Positions 1 through 14,110 of a stretch of 64,000 bases of DNA are shown piece by piece. The stretch is from the NCBI RefSeq assembly GCF_009914755.1, contig NC_060928.1; one strand, written 5' to 3'. The translations under genes and the position numbers were made by a program. The number at the start of each line of letters is the position of its first letter. The stretch's first letter is position 1. The DNA comes from the human T2T-CHM13v2.0 reference genome, Homo sapiens. The notes beneath the pieces were generated by a model. The model did not search any database and was not told the origin of the DNA. It was given only the letters and a program-made list of their open reading frames with translations.

Positions 1-469
1 CTTCAAATGTTCTTGCTGAACGGATGAATGAAAAGATGTATTCATTATTCTCACTGATAAAGACAGCTCTTTGTCCAACTATCTAAATTGTTATTTGATT
101 TGTCCCCCATTTTAGAGAGTATTCTTTCAAACTTTCTATCACTTTACAGTTTGGCATAAACTTCTTGCTAAACTACTCTTACAATTTCTAGTCAATTTCT
201 TAACAGTGATTTCATTGGAAAACTACTTCATATGATACTATTATCTCACAATACTATTATTACATTCTTTAGGACTGCATGATTAGCAACTTTCTAATAG
301 TACCTGATTATTATATTATGCCAAAAAGAGTTCTGTTAAAAAAAAACTTCTTGGATACAATTTTATTTGCCACGTACTTTCAAAGATGGAGTACTAGAAA
401 CCATAGCTAGAGAGATTATAGCTTTGCCAGGGAACAAAACAAAGCAAAACAAGACAGGGAAGGCAGTTT

Positions 470-905
470 TGAGTAGTGATTATAAGGCAGGAGTCTGGAG
501 CCAAAATGCCTTGTTTGGATTCTGACAGCCCCAGTGTGACTTTGGACAAGTTACCGTACCCCTCCTGCCTCCTCTTATCTGTAAAATAGGGATAAGATCA
601 ATAACATCTTCAAGGGTTGTTATAAGATTTAGTAAATGTAAAGGACATAGAGTAAGTACAACCTAGAAGCACAATAAATGTTGGTGACTCTTCACAATCA
701 TGCAGAGCCAAGAGCACTGGATAGGACGGAATTCTGATTCTATCACTTTCTTAGACAAGTTACATGACCTCTCTAAGCCTCAGCTTCCTTACCTTTAAAA
801 TTGGGTTAACATCCAACTTTCAATGTTATTGAAAAAATTAAACGAGAAAAACATTTGTGAAACACTAGCATGATGCCTAGTAAATTAAAGGTACTCAATG
901 ATAAT
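470..905 (+). mobile_element. Two adjacent MIR SINE copies
   Basis: Core motifs 'tgtgactttggacaagttac...tctgtaaaatagggataa' and 'acaagttacatgacctctctaagcctcagcttcc'. Confidence 0.65.
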
Positions 906-1760
906 TAGGCTAAACAAAGAAAAGGGAAGTCCAAAAGGCAAAGAAAGTGACAAAAGTGTAGTAAAGACCAATCCCTGTGGACTGCCAAGTCCTACCACAA
1001 TTTAAAGGTTGGCAAGTCTATGTGGAGCAATGCAGGTAGGAGTCTCTTACACTTCTCAGCTAGTGTCTCCATCAAGTATGTCATTTCCAATCAAGAAGAC
1101 TATGCTGTTTTATACACATGCACAACATCTGTTTCTACTCTTAAATACTTGGATGATTTTGAAACTGATGATCTAAATGTTCAATTGACCCATTCCTAAC
1201 ATGGCAAATGCCATCTTAATGAGATCCCAATTTGATCCTCTATAGAAAAAGTGTTAATGTTTGTATAACTTTAAATTGGAGCGTTCTAAATTTCTCACCA
1301 TTTCCTGGCTTTACCATCTTACTTTCCTAAGGATTAACAGATTGTCCTCTCAGACTGGCAAACAACTATTTTAGAATAAAATACCTAGGAATACAGCTAA
1401 CTAGGGAGGTGAAAGATCTCTACAAGGAAAACTACAAACCACTGCTCAATGAAATCAGAGATGACAAAACAAATGGAAAACATTCCATGCTGCTGGATAG
1501 AAGAATCAATATTGTAAAAATAGCCATACAGCTCAAAGCAATTTACAGATTCAATGCTATTCCCATTAAACTACCATTCTTTACAGAATGTCAATGAATA
1601 GTTTAAAATTTAACTATTTAAAAATTCATATGGAACCAAAAAGACAGCCCAAATAGCCAAGGCAATTCTAAGCAAAAAGAACAAAGCTGGAGGTATCAAT
1701 TATGCTACCCAACTTCAAACTACACTACAGGGCTACAGTAACCACAATAACATGGTACTA

Positions 1761-2358
<598 letters not shown>

Positions 2359-2550
2359 TCAGGACATAGGCATGGGCAAAGATTTCATGACAAAGATGCC
2401 AGAAGCAATTGCAACAAAAGCAAAAATTGACAAATTGGATCTAATTAAAGAGCTTTTGCACAGCAAAAAAGAAAAAAAAACAACAGAGTAAACAGACAAC
2501 TTACAGAATGGGGGAAAACACTTGCAAACTATGCATCTGACAAAGGTCTA

Positions 2551-2943
<393 letters not shown>

Positions 2944-4425
2944 TCAAAGGAAGACATACATGCGGCCAGCAAACGTTGAAAAAAAGCTCAACATCACCAA
3001 TTATTAGAGAAATGCAAACCAAAACCACAATGAGATGCCATCTTATACCAGTCACAATGGCATTTATTAAAAAGTTAAAAAATAACAGATGCTGGCAAGG
3101 TTGTAGAGAAAAAGGAACATTTATACACTGTTGGTGGGAGTGTAAATTAGTTTTGACCATTGTGGAAGACAGTGTGGTGATTCCTCAAAGACCTAAAGAC
3201 AAATACCACTTGACCCAGCAATCCCATTACTGGGTATATACCCAAAGGAATATAAATCATTCTATTATAAAGACATATGCATATGTATGTTCATTTCAGC
3301 CCTATTCACAATAGCAAAGACATGAAATCAACCTAAATGCCCATCAATGATAGACTGGATAAACAAAACGCGGTACATATACACCACGGAATACTATGCA
3401 GCCATAAAAAAGAACGAGATCATGTCCTTTGCAGGGACATGAATGGAGCTGGATGGAGGCCATTATCCTTAGCAAACTAACACAGGAACAGAAAACCAAA
3501 TACCGTGTGTTCTCACTTGTAAATGGGAGTAAATGATGAGAACACACGGACACAGAGGGGAACACCACATACTGAGGCGCATTGGAGGGTGGAGGGTGGG
3601 AGGAGGGAGAGGATCAGGAAAAATAACTAAAAGTAACTAATAGATGCTCGGTTTAATGCCTGGGTGATGAAATAATCTGTACAATAAAACCCCATGACAC
3701 ACGTTTACCTATGTAACAACCCTGCACATGTACCCCTGAACTTAAAAGTCTCTCCTTCTCTCTCTCTATATATATATGAAGTAGTTTAAAAGAACAGGAA
3801 AAAAACCAAACCAAAACAAAACATTGGTTTCCTCAAGTAAGACAGTTAAAATAGATATAACAGAAAAAAGGCCTGAATTTATTTGGTAGAGTTAGTTTTA
3901 TAAAGGAGAAAGAGACTTCCCCTTTCTCTTATTACCACAGAATAAAAATAGCTAATTTGGTTACTATTACTTTCTTTTAAAAAAATGAGATAAAGGAAAA
4001 AGAAACTTAGAACTATTAAATAAGGTGAGAAGAAATCCAAGGCATTTAATAAAATGAAATTTATAATTATTTAAATTAAAAAATAGAAAATACCAAAAAA
4101 TATCACTTAGATAATTTGGAGGGTTTTTCATTTAATTGAAAATAATGTTCAAATGTACTTTTCTCCTCAAGCCAATTATTACAGTAAATTAATTTCTTTT
4201 ATTTGCTAAACTATAAATGCAATAGAACACTGTAACAAACATTCAGCAATATTACAGAAAACAAAAATCAACTTCAGGGATAGGAACATATTCTAGACAT
4301 TTTGAAGTTGAATGGATATTTTAAACAGCCCACGCCAAGAATTAAATAATTTAAGAAAAAACTAATATTTAAAGCATATATAAATAACAAAGTCACATAC
4401 AATTATGAAAAAATAGAATACTTAC

Positions 4426-4524
4426 AATATCTTCTATTATCTCTTTGATAGCTGCCACAGCTAAAATAAATAAGAGAGGAACCAGTGTTGTATAACGACC
4501 TGTTGGTGACACATCAGGTATTTG
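4426..4524 (-). CDS. ATP8A1: ATP8A1 coding exon 4 (99 nt; [35 protein letters not shown]1-2 loop and TM2)
   Basis: Acceptor T14-ccaaacag|CAA and donor GATATT|gtaagt. Phase 0/0. SPT..TT..PL..KE..ED motif of P4-ATPases. The gene continues past the left edge of the window. Confidence 0.97.
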
Positions 4525-4769
4525 CTGTTTGGAAAAAAAAAAAAAAGAGAAATCCAATGAGAACTAGAAAATTTATAATAGATTCAAGAAAACAGTCTCA
4601 GTGCCTTCTAAAATATGCCTCACTGATTTTACTATCTTGGCCGACTAATGCTGAGTGAGGTAATGTGTTCGTATCTAATAAGTACTGGAAAAGCATGTTA
4701 ATTAGTTTCACAGTAAGCAGTTGTATATAGGACTACAACCTCCATTGGAAGACTGGTTACATAAGTTAC

Positions 4770-5100
4770 AGTATATCTATTCATTAAAATATAACTATTA
4801 AAATGATATTTTAGAAACACAATGAATAACTGGGAAAATATCCATACATTGTTATATGAATACAGCAGGTAACAAAACAATAGGTATTCTATGATCCCCT
4901 TTTTGTAAACGAAGTCAATAAACGATGCTTGGGAGGAAAAAAAAAAAAAAAAAGACCAGAAGGATATATACCCACAATTTAAGAGTAGTTGTCTCTGATG
5001 GTAGAATAATGAGAGTTTTAAATTTTTTTCCTTGTGTTTTGTGGTGTTTTAAAAATTTTTTATTTTCAAGTTCAATGAAAATATTTTTTCAAATTTAAGC
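4770..5100 (+). mobile_element. Old L1M (L1ME-like) 3' fragment
   Basis: Recalled similarity of 'gaaggatatataccc...gtagttgtctctgatggtagaataatg' to L1ME 3' ends. Confidence 0.45.
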
Positions 5101-5503
5101 ATATGTTCAATATGCTACTTTTTAATAAACTAAAACTTTTTCTGACTACAACTAATTTAAATACAAAGAGAAGCACAAGATTTAACTTCTTGCATTCTAA
5201 GGTTCAGAGTTGATACTTTTACTATGAAAATTAGCATTTTAAGAAAACGTCCCATCCCCTTTACCACCCAAAATGAACAGTCCTTGCCACATCAAATTTA
5301 TAGAACACCCAAAATAAGCTGATAAAAATGAATCAAAAGGCTGGAAAAGGTAGTGGATTCCAACACTGCTTGCAGCAGGAGCCAGAAATGTCCACCAAAA
5401 CCAGCTTATCTCTCGGCATTTACATAAACCTCAGGGGATTGGTCACGGGCTTAACATTTATTAGTACCTGAACATTTGACAAGGTTTTATGACGTGACTT
5501 TAC

Positions 5504-5603
5504 CTGCAGCAGTGCAATAAAGAGAAAAAATGAATTAGCAGCTCTTCTGAACTGAGAGTAGAGAAATCTTGGAAGGAATGTGATTATGTTGTATTTTGCA
5601 GTG
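5504..5603 (-). CDS. ATP8A1: ATP8A1 coding exon 3 (100 nt; [34 protein letters not shown], includes TM1)
   Basis: Acceptor tttctag|CACT and donor CTGCAG|gtaaag. Lies inside ORF 5420..5656(-). Carries the conserved P4-ATPase motif TxKY..FLP..L..QF.R.AN..FL. Confidence 0.97.
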
Positions 5604-6884
5604 CTAGAAAACAAAAATGAAAAGTAGCATAAAACTTCTCCATAATTAGCACCCACACTTACAAAGTTCTGTTACTACCATATAAAAAGTTAGATAAGGA
5701 ACATTTGCCGGCTGTTTCAAATTGGGAGAATATTGCAAAGGGTCATTAACCTAAATGAAAAAGAGTGAAAAGGTTAAATAAATGGTAAAGCATGAATACC
5801 ACAGATTTTTTTTTTTTTGCATAATCTTTTGTCCTATTTGGCCAATTATTCTGCTTAACATTACTAGAAGTAGCTTACAAAGAAGAGCAACTTTGGAGTT
5901 AAAGGGCTCCAGCCCTCCATAAGACAGAGTACAACGTGTGACTAGAAAATAAAATCTTGCCAAAAGAACCCCGAAATCAGCAATTTGAGCAATTTGACCA
6001 GACACTGTAAACAGAGATGCCTTTCCTGGATAATTTCAGGGAGATCTCTGGGGTTCTGTTTGAATTTTCTTCACTGCCACTCCAGGAACATGGCTAGAAA
6101 TCCACACTAAACACACCAGATATGCCCACATCAGTAAGATATCACTACTTAGGTCTTAGAAACACCCAGATCTTCCTCTTGTTTATCAAATAGAAAGGAG
6201 ATTAAAGCAGACACATGCCACATTACCCAAATTGAGAAATGTTCCTCTAGAATTTGAAATTGTACATATTAAGTGGGCACTTCTCAAATCTAGTTAACTC
6301 TGCCACTGGAGAAACACTTTATTGGTATTGAAGGTGTTTATGTGGTCCCAGAAGCCGCATAAGTGGCCAGTGCTTACACAGATACTTTTTACATTATTGT
6401 TGGAATGAAAACACAACAGTGCAGTGAAGTAATTCGCACAGCCCTCCATTCCTCCACACCATACTAAACTTCACAACTATCAAAAACCAATACTTAAAGA
6501 CTATATAACCAGAAGGAATTCTTGGTGCAGAATTGCAAAGACCTCTTCTAAAATGTTAAAACTTGCTAACCAAAACCAGTAACGCATCGCTCTATTAACA
6601 GGTTTAGGACAGAGGCATTTACACATAAGCAGCTTTCATTATTCAATATCTATGCAGCATCGGCAGAGGATGGGTGCTTATTCTTTCTGCTCCTCGCTAT
6701 TTCCAGATTCTTATGAATATTTCTCTATGGGAGAGAAGATGGGGAAACAGCCTATTCACACTGCCAACAGGGAGCTCTCAAATATTAACTGACTGCACTG
6801 AAAGCTCTTTGCAAGCATTTTCATTTTGACCTAACCAGCTCTGCTCTGCTGGCTGGTCTCATGGCATTCTTTGGTAGTTCTTAC

Positions 6885-6999
6885 CTGACATGGTTATTGC
6901 AGAATTTTGTCAGCTGGGGCTGGTTGATGAAAATAGTCCTTACTTCCTCCTGGTCAGCCAGTGAGGTCTTCTCTGAAACATCATCTGTCTTCTCATAAC
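6885..6999 (-). CDS. ATP8A1: ATP8A1 coding exon 2 (115 nt; GYEKTDDVSEKTSLADQEEVRTIFINQPQLTKFCNNHVS)
   Basis: Acceptor tttttaag|GTTATG and donor GTCAG|gtaaga. Phase-compatible with exon 1. Contains the R-x-I-x-I-N...F-x-x-N-x-V-S motif typical of P4-ATPase N-termini. Confidence 0.97.
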
Positions 7000-9900
7000 C
7001 TTAAAAAGAGATCTTCTTATTGTACAAGAAATGTTTTATTGTCCAGACCAAAAACAGATTTCATAACTAGTCTAGAATATGAAATCTGTTAAAAGCTACT
7101 TGCTTCCCCTTAACTGTTGTTTCTTTTATAATAAAAAGTAACATCCCCATATTTAACATTTCTACTAGATTTAAAGGGCAGCATTTAACAGTCATGTAAA
7201 AACTGAGCCATATCAAAAACAAGACATAACATCAACTTTCCATTTCCCCCGTAAGTGTTCAACTTCTTTCCTTCCACTATATAAAAAGATGCCCAGAAGT
7301 AAACCTTAATTTTAAACTGGTTTAAATTACAGTTTTAGGTAAAACTAACAAGGTAATTTAAAATATAGTCAAAAATTAAAGCATATGCATTTAATACTTT
7401 TCTGGGTTTTTTCCCAGATGAAGACAGAAGAAAAGATAAATAGTAAGGTTTAAATAGAGAACTGCAACAATGATCCAACTCACTATCATCACCTATTTTT
7501 TTCTCCAGTTAGAATTCATGTTCACAAACGAACTTTAAATTTCTCAAGAGCACTTCAAGTCATCTCATAATCATTGAAACAACAGGATACATTCAACTGG
7601 GTACTTTGTTGCAATGTTGACAAACACTTTAAAAAATACATACAAGTTCTAGAACAGAATATCAACAGATAGTATTTTAAACAGCTTTTTGTGTCTTCTA
7701 GTGAAAAATCAAAGGGGTGACAACAGTACTGTATCTCCAAAACCCATTTTTCTTCTCTTTTCTGCCTAGCCAATGCCAACTCCTCCCATAAGACCTGCTG
7801 ACATGTGGTTTCTTCTGAAGTGTTCTATGATGTTCAAGTTAGGTAAAACGTCTTTGGGTTTCCACAGCCCTCTGAACCTCCCCACTCTTCAGCAAAACAC
7901 TTACCAGAAGGTTTTGTTGCTGCCTGAGTCAGGTTCCCCCTACCAGAATGGGAACTCCCTAGGGCCATAGAGGGTGTGTTATTCATCTTCTCAACACCAG
8001 TGCCAACAAACAGCAGGTACCCAATGTTTGCCGAATACATATACCCAATGAAAAATGAGTGGTTGACTGTTTTTTGGGGGCAAGAAAAGCTGCTCCACCC
8101 ACTGATGAAAAAACAACTGTTGGCCAAGTGCTGGTAACAACTATGTGAAAAGCTGGCCTGTGGGGTTTGTTATAGTATGAAACCAGAAAATCACTGAGGT
8201 GTTCTACAAAGGTGAGAAGCATGAGCACAGGGACTGGGGTGTGAGAAACGGTGTCATGTGTGCAGGGGAGAGCAAACAGGGCAGTGCTGCTGGAGCACAG
8301 ACAGAAGGCGGACGAGAAACCACGCTGAGGAAGCACACAGGCCAGGTCCCAGAGGACCCTGCGCTCTGCTTGGCAGCCAACCACTGAAAGCTTTCCAAGT
8401 AGGAGGGGCACAGGGTGAGAGGCACATTGTATCCTTATCACCCTGGAGGTCACATGGCTCCGAGTAGATTCTGTCACACCCATTTTGCAGTTTCAGACCC
8501 AATCAGCAGCTTTGCTCACAGTGTTTCCCTACACCATGTTCTAAACACACTTTTCCCTCTAGTTTTGTATAATTGAAATTTCACACATGGGTTATTGAAT
8601 AGAGGGAGATCAATCTTTAAAAAAAATTGAGTCCTTTATTAGGTCTTCCTTCGTGGTAGCATGAAGACCAGAGTGTGCTGTTCCCCGCCTCTGGATTAGA
8701 GAGAGAGCCTCAAAAAAACCAGCTCTTCACTCCACTCTGAGCTGATGTTCTCAGGTTGTGTTGTATTTACTTTATATAATGGACTTTTGAGTGTTGTATC
8801 TACTTTATGTAATGGGACTTTTGAGGGCCCCGCCCTTGGATGTCCTTAGCTGAGGAACTGGGTGTTACTCCATCCAGACACACCTACTTACATTGAGGTC
8901 TCAAACGCTGCTGGGAGAGCACTGGATATTGCTATCCACTGAAAGCAATTGGATACTGCATCTCCCCCTCAGATATTAACTTGTATTCAAGAATTTCTGT
9001 GGGGCAAAGGATTTTCCTTGAACTAAAGGGACTGGAATTAACCCCATCCCTTATGTGGGAATCAGAGTAATTAAAACAATCCTAATGGATTAGTAGGGGC
9101 CCAACCTAGGTCAGATAATAAGGGATCTTTAAAGAGAAAACTCACCAAAATGAAGGGGAAAATCTAAACTGTAAACTGTTGCCAGGGGTAGGACCATCGA
9201 AGAGACTGGATGGCTCTGAGCACAGGATTTCACAGACAACATAGGCTTTCTTTACCCAGGCATTACAGAAAAGCTTTGGAAAGATATTGTACATGAAGCT
9301 GAATGTATGCAGAACGCTTGGCTCTGTTGTGCCCTGACCAGGTGTGATACTGAGGAAGGGAGATCTGCACTGAAAGCAGGGAGTGAGGCTCTCAGCCAGT
9401 GGAGCTGGTAGGCACCTCTCCCCTGTCTCCTCAGCAGTGACATGGAGAGCCATCAGGCACCTGAAGCCCACTCCCAGAATGTTTGAAGGCCAGAGATTGC
9501 AGGTATCACCTTCTGTTATGTATCCAATTCTGTTTACTCCTAGCAGGTGACAGCAAGCTAGCAGTAAACAGGCACAGCAACCTCAGAGGTTCTCAGAAAT
9601 ATCTCAGTGAACATACTTGACCTCAGAGATCCTCAGGAATATTCTGATGAAGGTACCTGGGAAAAAGACTAGCATTTTTGCTAATTTGGAAGTGAGAGTT
9701 TGTAACCATTATAATTAAACTCTTCAATGCAATCATCTTACATTGCAGAAATGGGCAACTTAGGTCTGGACTTAACGTAAGTAACCTGTCAATCCAGACT
9801 CTTTCCATGTAAAGAGAAACGGACTCTTCCATTTGATTAATGAACCAACACTTTGAGGAAGGTAGGTAGCAATTTTGATCTCACAGCTCTGGGTTAAAGG

Positions 9901-12900
9901 TGAAAACACATTTGCTACATTCAAAATTGAAAGTTATTCAATATGCACCAGATAATTCTATTTTATGATTTCATTTTTTTATTTCCTCTGCATATCACCA
10001 CCTTCATCAGCTATAATAACCACATAAAGAGCTACATGTGCATACCTGGGCAATGCCTAAGCTGAGCTATTAGAATGGTGACAAAGGCAATCAAAATAGG
10101 AGAATCCTTTACCACCCTGCCCCAAAGAGGGTCAAACTAAGATGGTATTCCTTCTTATACATGGAGTTCTATTCCTCGTTTTAAGGAAGGAACCCATGTC
10201 CCTTGCTGTTTAATAATTTAGAGGGTTCGTTCACATAAGTCATTAAAATTTACTAGTAGCTTTTAATCCACCTGTCTGAACTCCTAAGGACTACTGAAAA
10301 CTCTGACGCTTTTATGTCATCCCCTCACAGAAAGCAAGGGGAAGGCGAGTGCCGTTCTTGATCTGGTAACAGTTCTGAGTCTTCCTGGTAGGTCAGGCCT
10401 TCAGAAGCCTTCTTTGTCTGTAAAGTCATGCTAAAGGTGAACTTTACTGAGAGAAAGAAACGCATCTTAATCATGCTCTTTGGTATCTCTCTCAGCTTTT
10501 CCTAGCACAATCTTGTGCAAAGAGGACATACAATACTCACCTATTTAACGGAAATGGACTTCAAGACATTCAACAGACTGCTTCTGAGATCCACTCAGTG
10601 CCCCACCCATTTTCTCTGGGTTCAGACTGAACTCTGAAGCCCACCATGCAATGGGTTTGAACTCCATATTAAGTATAGTCGAATGAACAGTATTTGGTAA
10701 ATGGCAAAGCCAAGAATAAAACATGACCTTAGATAGTTACTTACTTTCACTAGGCTTCAGTTTCCTAATCTGTCAAAGAGAAGTATTCTGTGTTCATGTC
10801 CTGGAATAGTTGGTAGTAAATGAAGGAATATGTATGCAATGTACTTAAAACACCTAATATTGTAATAGATTACAATACATGTAATTTGTATTACAATAAA
10901 TGTAATAGATATTGTAAATGTCTATTATACTTAAAGAGCTAACAGGGTGAATAATGATACAGTCATAGGCTGAGCCTCATAAAAATGGGAGGCGGCTTCT
11001 GGGTTAGAGGTTGAAGAATGTTTTGGGGTGGTAATTCTCTACCTTGTGGTGTAACTGACAATTCACCTGCTTCCCTTGTTACATGGTAAGTTACCTATTA
11101 TACCTCTGGTTCATAGTAAGCCCTCAAAGCCTGATGAATTAACAAGTGAGCAAAACCAGATTAGTAATATACTAGAAACAGATCTCTTTCAAGTAGACAT
11201 ATGTTGCCCAAGCCTGTAGGACTGATGTCCAAACAACAATTAGTAAATTTATGATGAGAAGTAATTGCCACAGGAACTAGAGTAACTGAAGTTCCATAAT
11301 CAATTCAACTCTCCCAGATTGGCCTGTGTAGAAGTTAAATGACCAAAGTAACCCACCCACCAGTGGTTAGGTGAACTGAGACTCTCATAGCATTAGGGAA
11401 GTACAGCCTGATGCAACCAATCCTGCTAAAGGGGTAGATGCATCTGTAGGACCAACCTCTTAAAAGTTTGTTGCAATATCTTGACAATGAGGCCATGATA
11501 CTTCAAGTCTGTTGGCTAATGCTTCTATTCCCTTCTGCAGAGCTGAGAAGAGTGCTGATAATGTTTAACCCCATGACTTACCCCTTCCTTGACCATCTCC
11601 ATACCCATTTCCACCTTCGAACACAAATTGATATTTAATCTTCCAATGGGATTACCAAATCCTGTAGGCCTAGGAACCAATCTAGCCCCCTTGCAGGTGA
11701 CTTTGCTCCTGTATATGTTAGTCTTAGAAAGAAACGAGAAGGTATACTCAATTCGCAAATTTCCAAGTTGTTGGAGACATCTCAAAATGGCCCACAAGTA
11801 CAGACACACAAAGTAAATGATGATAGTAACACCAGATATATGCGCCTTCCTCACATTTTCGATTCTCCAAGAGACTAACTCAGGCATTCACCCCAATGTC
11901 CTTGGTGCTCAGACATTTGACATCCACTAATGGCATTATTAGTCTTCTTAAATTAAGTTTCACAGAGCAAATTGGCAGGCAAATTCATACACCTATCACT
12001 TTGAGGAATGGAACTGAGCAAGGATCCTTTTCTATGTATGAAAGCACATTTGTATAGCAGCTTCTGGGAAATCTTAGCTTCTTTCAACATTGTGTTCTCC
12101 AAGGTCTGTAACTTCTTAAAAACGGTCAGAATCAAACCAGTTCCCAGAAAAATGAATCTGGTCTAGCTTTTATTGAAATGAGCAAGGAAAAGACTTTTCC
12201 TTATTTATGCCAAATAATGTCTGTAATATTCTGCTTGATTCCTATTCCCCCTGCCAGCAGAAAAGCAATTTTGTTTTCTGAATTGTGGTTTATCTCAAGC
12301 AATAATAAAATTATCCAGTATTTGCTATGCATATTTTAAACCAGAGACTCTAAGAGGCCAAATTTTGCATTCTTGGTCGTAAAATGGCCAAATGCTATTT
12401 CTAAACTTCAGAAGGACCAAGAATTTCAGTATAGGGAATAGTCACATGTAACTTTTAACTACTGAATATGTTAATAAGATTACTTTGTATTACCAAATAA
12501 AAATATACAAGCAACATCCTTCTGGTGACTATTTTAGCTTCCAGCAATAATTTTATTTGTCAAGAAAACAAAGGATGCTGGTGGGTCACTATCCTAATTA
12601 TGACTCTGAAGTGAGCAAGTGCTCATCTTCCCCGAACAGTGTTTCATCACTTAACCCACTTAGGGGCTGTGAGGTGAGCTCAAGTTCTTCTACCAATTAC
12701 CCACATGACCCTGCACAAACCACTTCATCCCTGGGGGTTATTCTCTTCCTTTGTAAAATGGGGAAGCCAGGCTAGGCTAATAATCTGACAGTTACTCTCA
12801 GCTCTAAAATTCTGTGAAATTAATATCTGCTGAGCAGCAGGCAGAAAAGAAATCAATAGTTTTGTTCAGAAGAGCAGGAAAATTCTGAAAAACAAAGTAA

Positions 12901-13289
12901 AAAAAATTTCCCTTCTTGAGCCTTTATTGAGATGTTTCACAGCAACAGTTGCCTTCCTTAATCTGCAGCCAAAACTCAGTCACGAAGTGAAATGGTGCTT
13001 TGTGATGGTAACTCAACATCCATATTTGAAAAGCTAAGCAGTGACTATAATCAGTTGCCAACAACTACCTGGCACCTACTGATCAGTGACTACTGGGTTG
13101 CTGAGAATGACGACACAGAGTCTTCCTTTCTTCATCTGCCCAGATTCATCATCACATGCTTATATGCACACAGTACAATGTAACAGAGGAAAATGCTCAA
13201 TAGTATAAGTGAAAGGCTTCTGACCTGCTCATATGAGAGAAGTATCATTTCTGAAATATTCCATTTTTCATCCGAAATATCATGATCTA

Positions 13290-14110
13290 ATAAGACCTGT
13301 TGTTCATTCATTTGCTTATTCATTCATTCAACATACTTAAGAATCTACTATGTTTTGGGCATTTTAAAAATGTTATAGAAATAGCAGGAAATAAGATAAG
13401 GTCCTCTTTCTCAGGGACTTATTTTCTAGAGAAGAAAAAGATAATTACAGAACATGGTAAGAATGAGGAAGAAAATAAACAAGTGATTGTAGAACAATTG
13501 ACAGAAGTCTCTGTGCTTAAGTTTCATTATGCATATAATAGAACTAATAACAGTATCTTACCTCAAAGGGTGGTTGTAAGGACCCAGCGAGTAAATATGA
13601 GAACAATGCCTGGCACGTAGTAAGAGTTTAGTAATGAATGTGAGCTATTTTCATTGTTGTTGTTATCACTGCTAGTGATGCTACTATAGCTGCTATTTTA
13701 CACTGAATGGTCAGAGAAGACGTCTCAAGGAGATGCTGAGTTGAGACCTTGATGACACATAAAGGAAGATAAGGGACAGTTGTCAACCCAAAAGGGGGAA
13801 TAGCAGGAAAAGCCCTGGAGGGGAGAATGAGCTTGGCATTTCCAGGAACATGAGGGCCACTAACAGTAAACAGAGCATAAAACAAAAAGAAGCAGGGCCA
13901 GATTGGGAGAATAACAGCCTGAATTTATATTCTTTATGCAGTAGGAATTCACTGACAGGTTTAAGTAGAAAGACCATTTCGAGGACACTGTGATAATCCA
14001 GGTAAAAGATGATGAGTCCTGGGTTAGACTGGTGACAGAGATGAAAGGAAGTGGATGCATACATTATACTCTGGAGGCAGAGCTGGCATGAGCCATATAA
14101 CCTCTTCATG
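13290..14110. mobile_element. L2 fragments interrupted by a MIR (about 13505-13660)
   Basis: 'ttcattcattcaacatacttaagaatctactatg' L2 tail motif. MIR 'cctcaaagggtggttgtaagg...tgcctggcacgtagtaag'. Confidence 0.55.

Noticed and set aside
11892-11912. RE1/NRSE-like motif on the minus strand (CTGAGCACCAAGGACATTGGG)
   Set aside because: Mismatches at the conserved GGACAG terminal G and in the 3' tail. Not convincing without REST ChIP data.
10980-12200. Repeat-poor stretch with several overlapping 60-120 aa ORFs, considered as a processed pseudogene or endogenous viral element
   Set aside because: I recognised no protein motif in the frames I translated, and saw no poly(A) or TSD. A tBLASTx/HMMER search would be needed to revive it.
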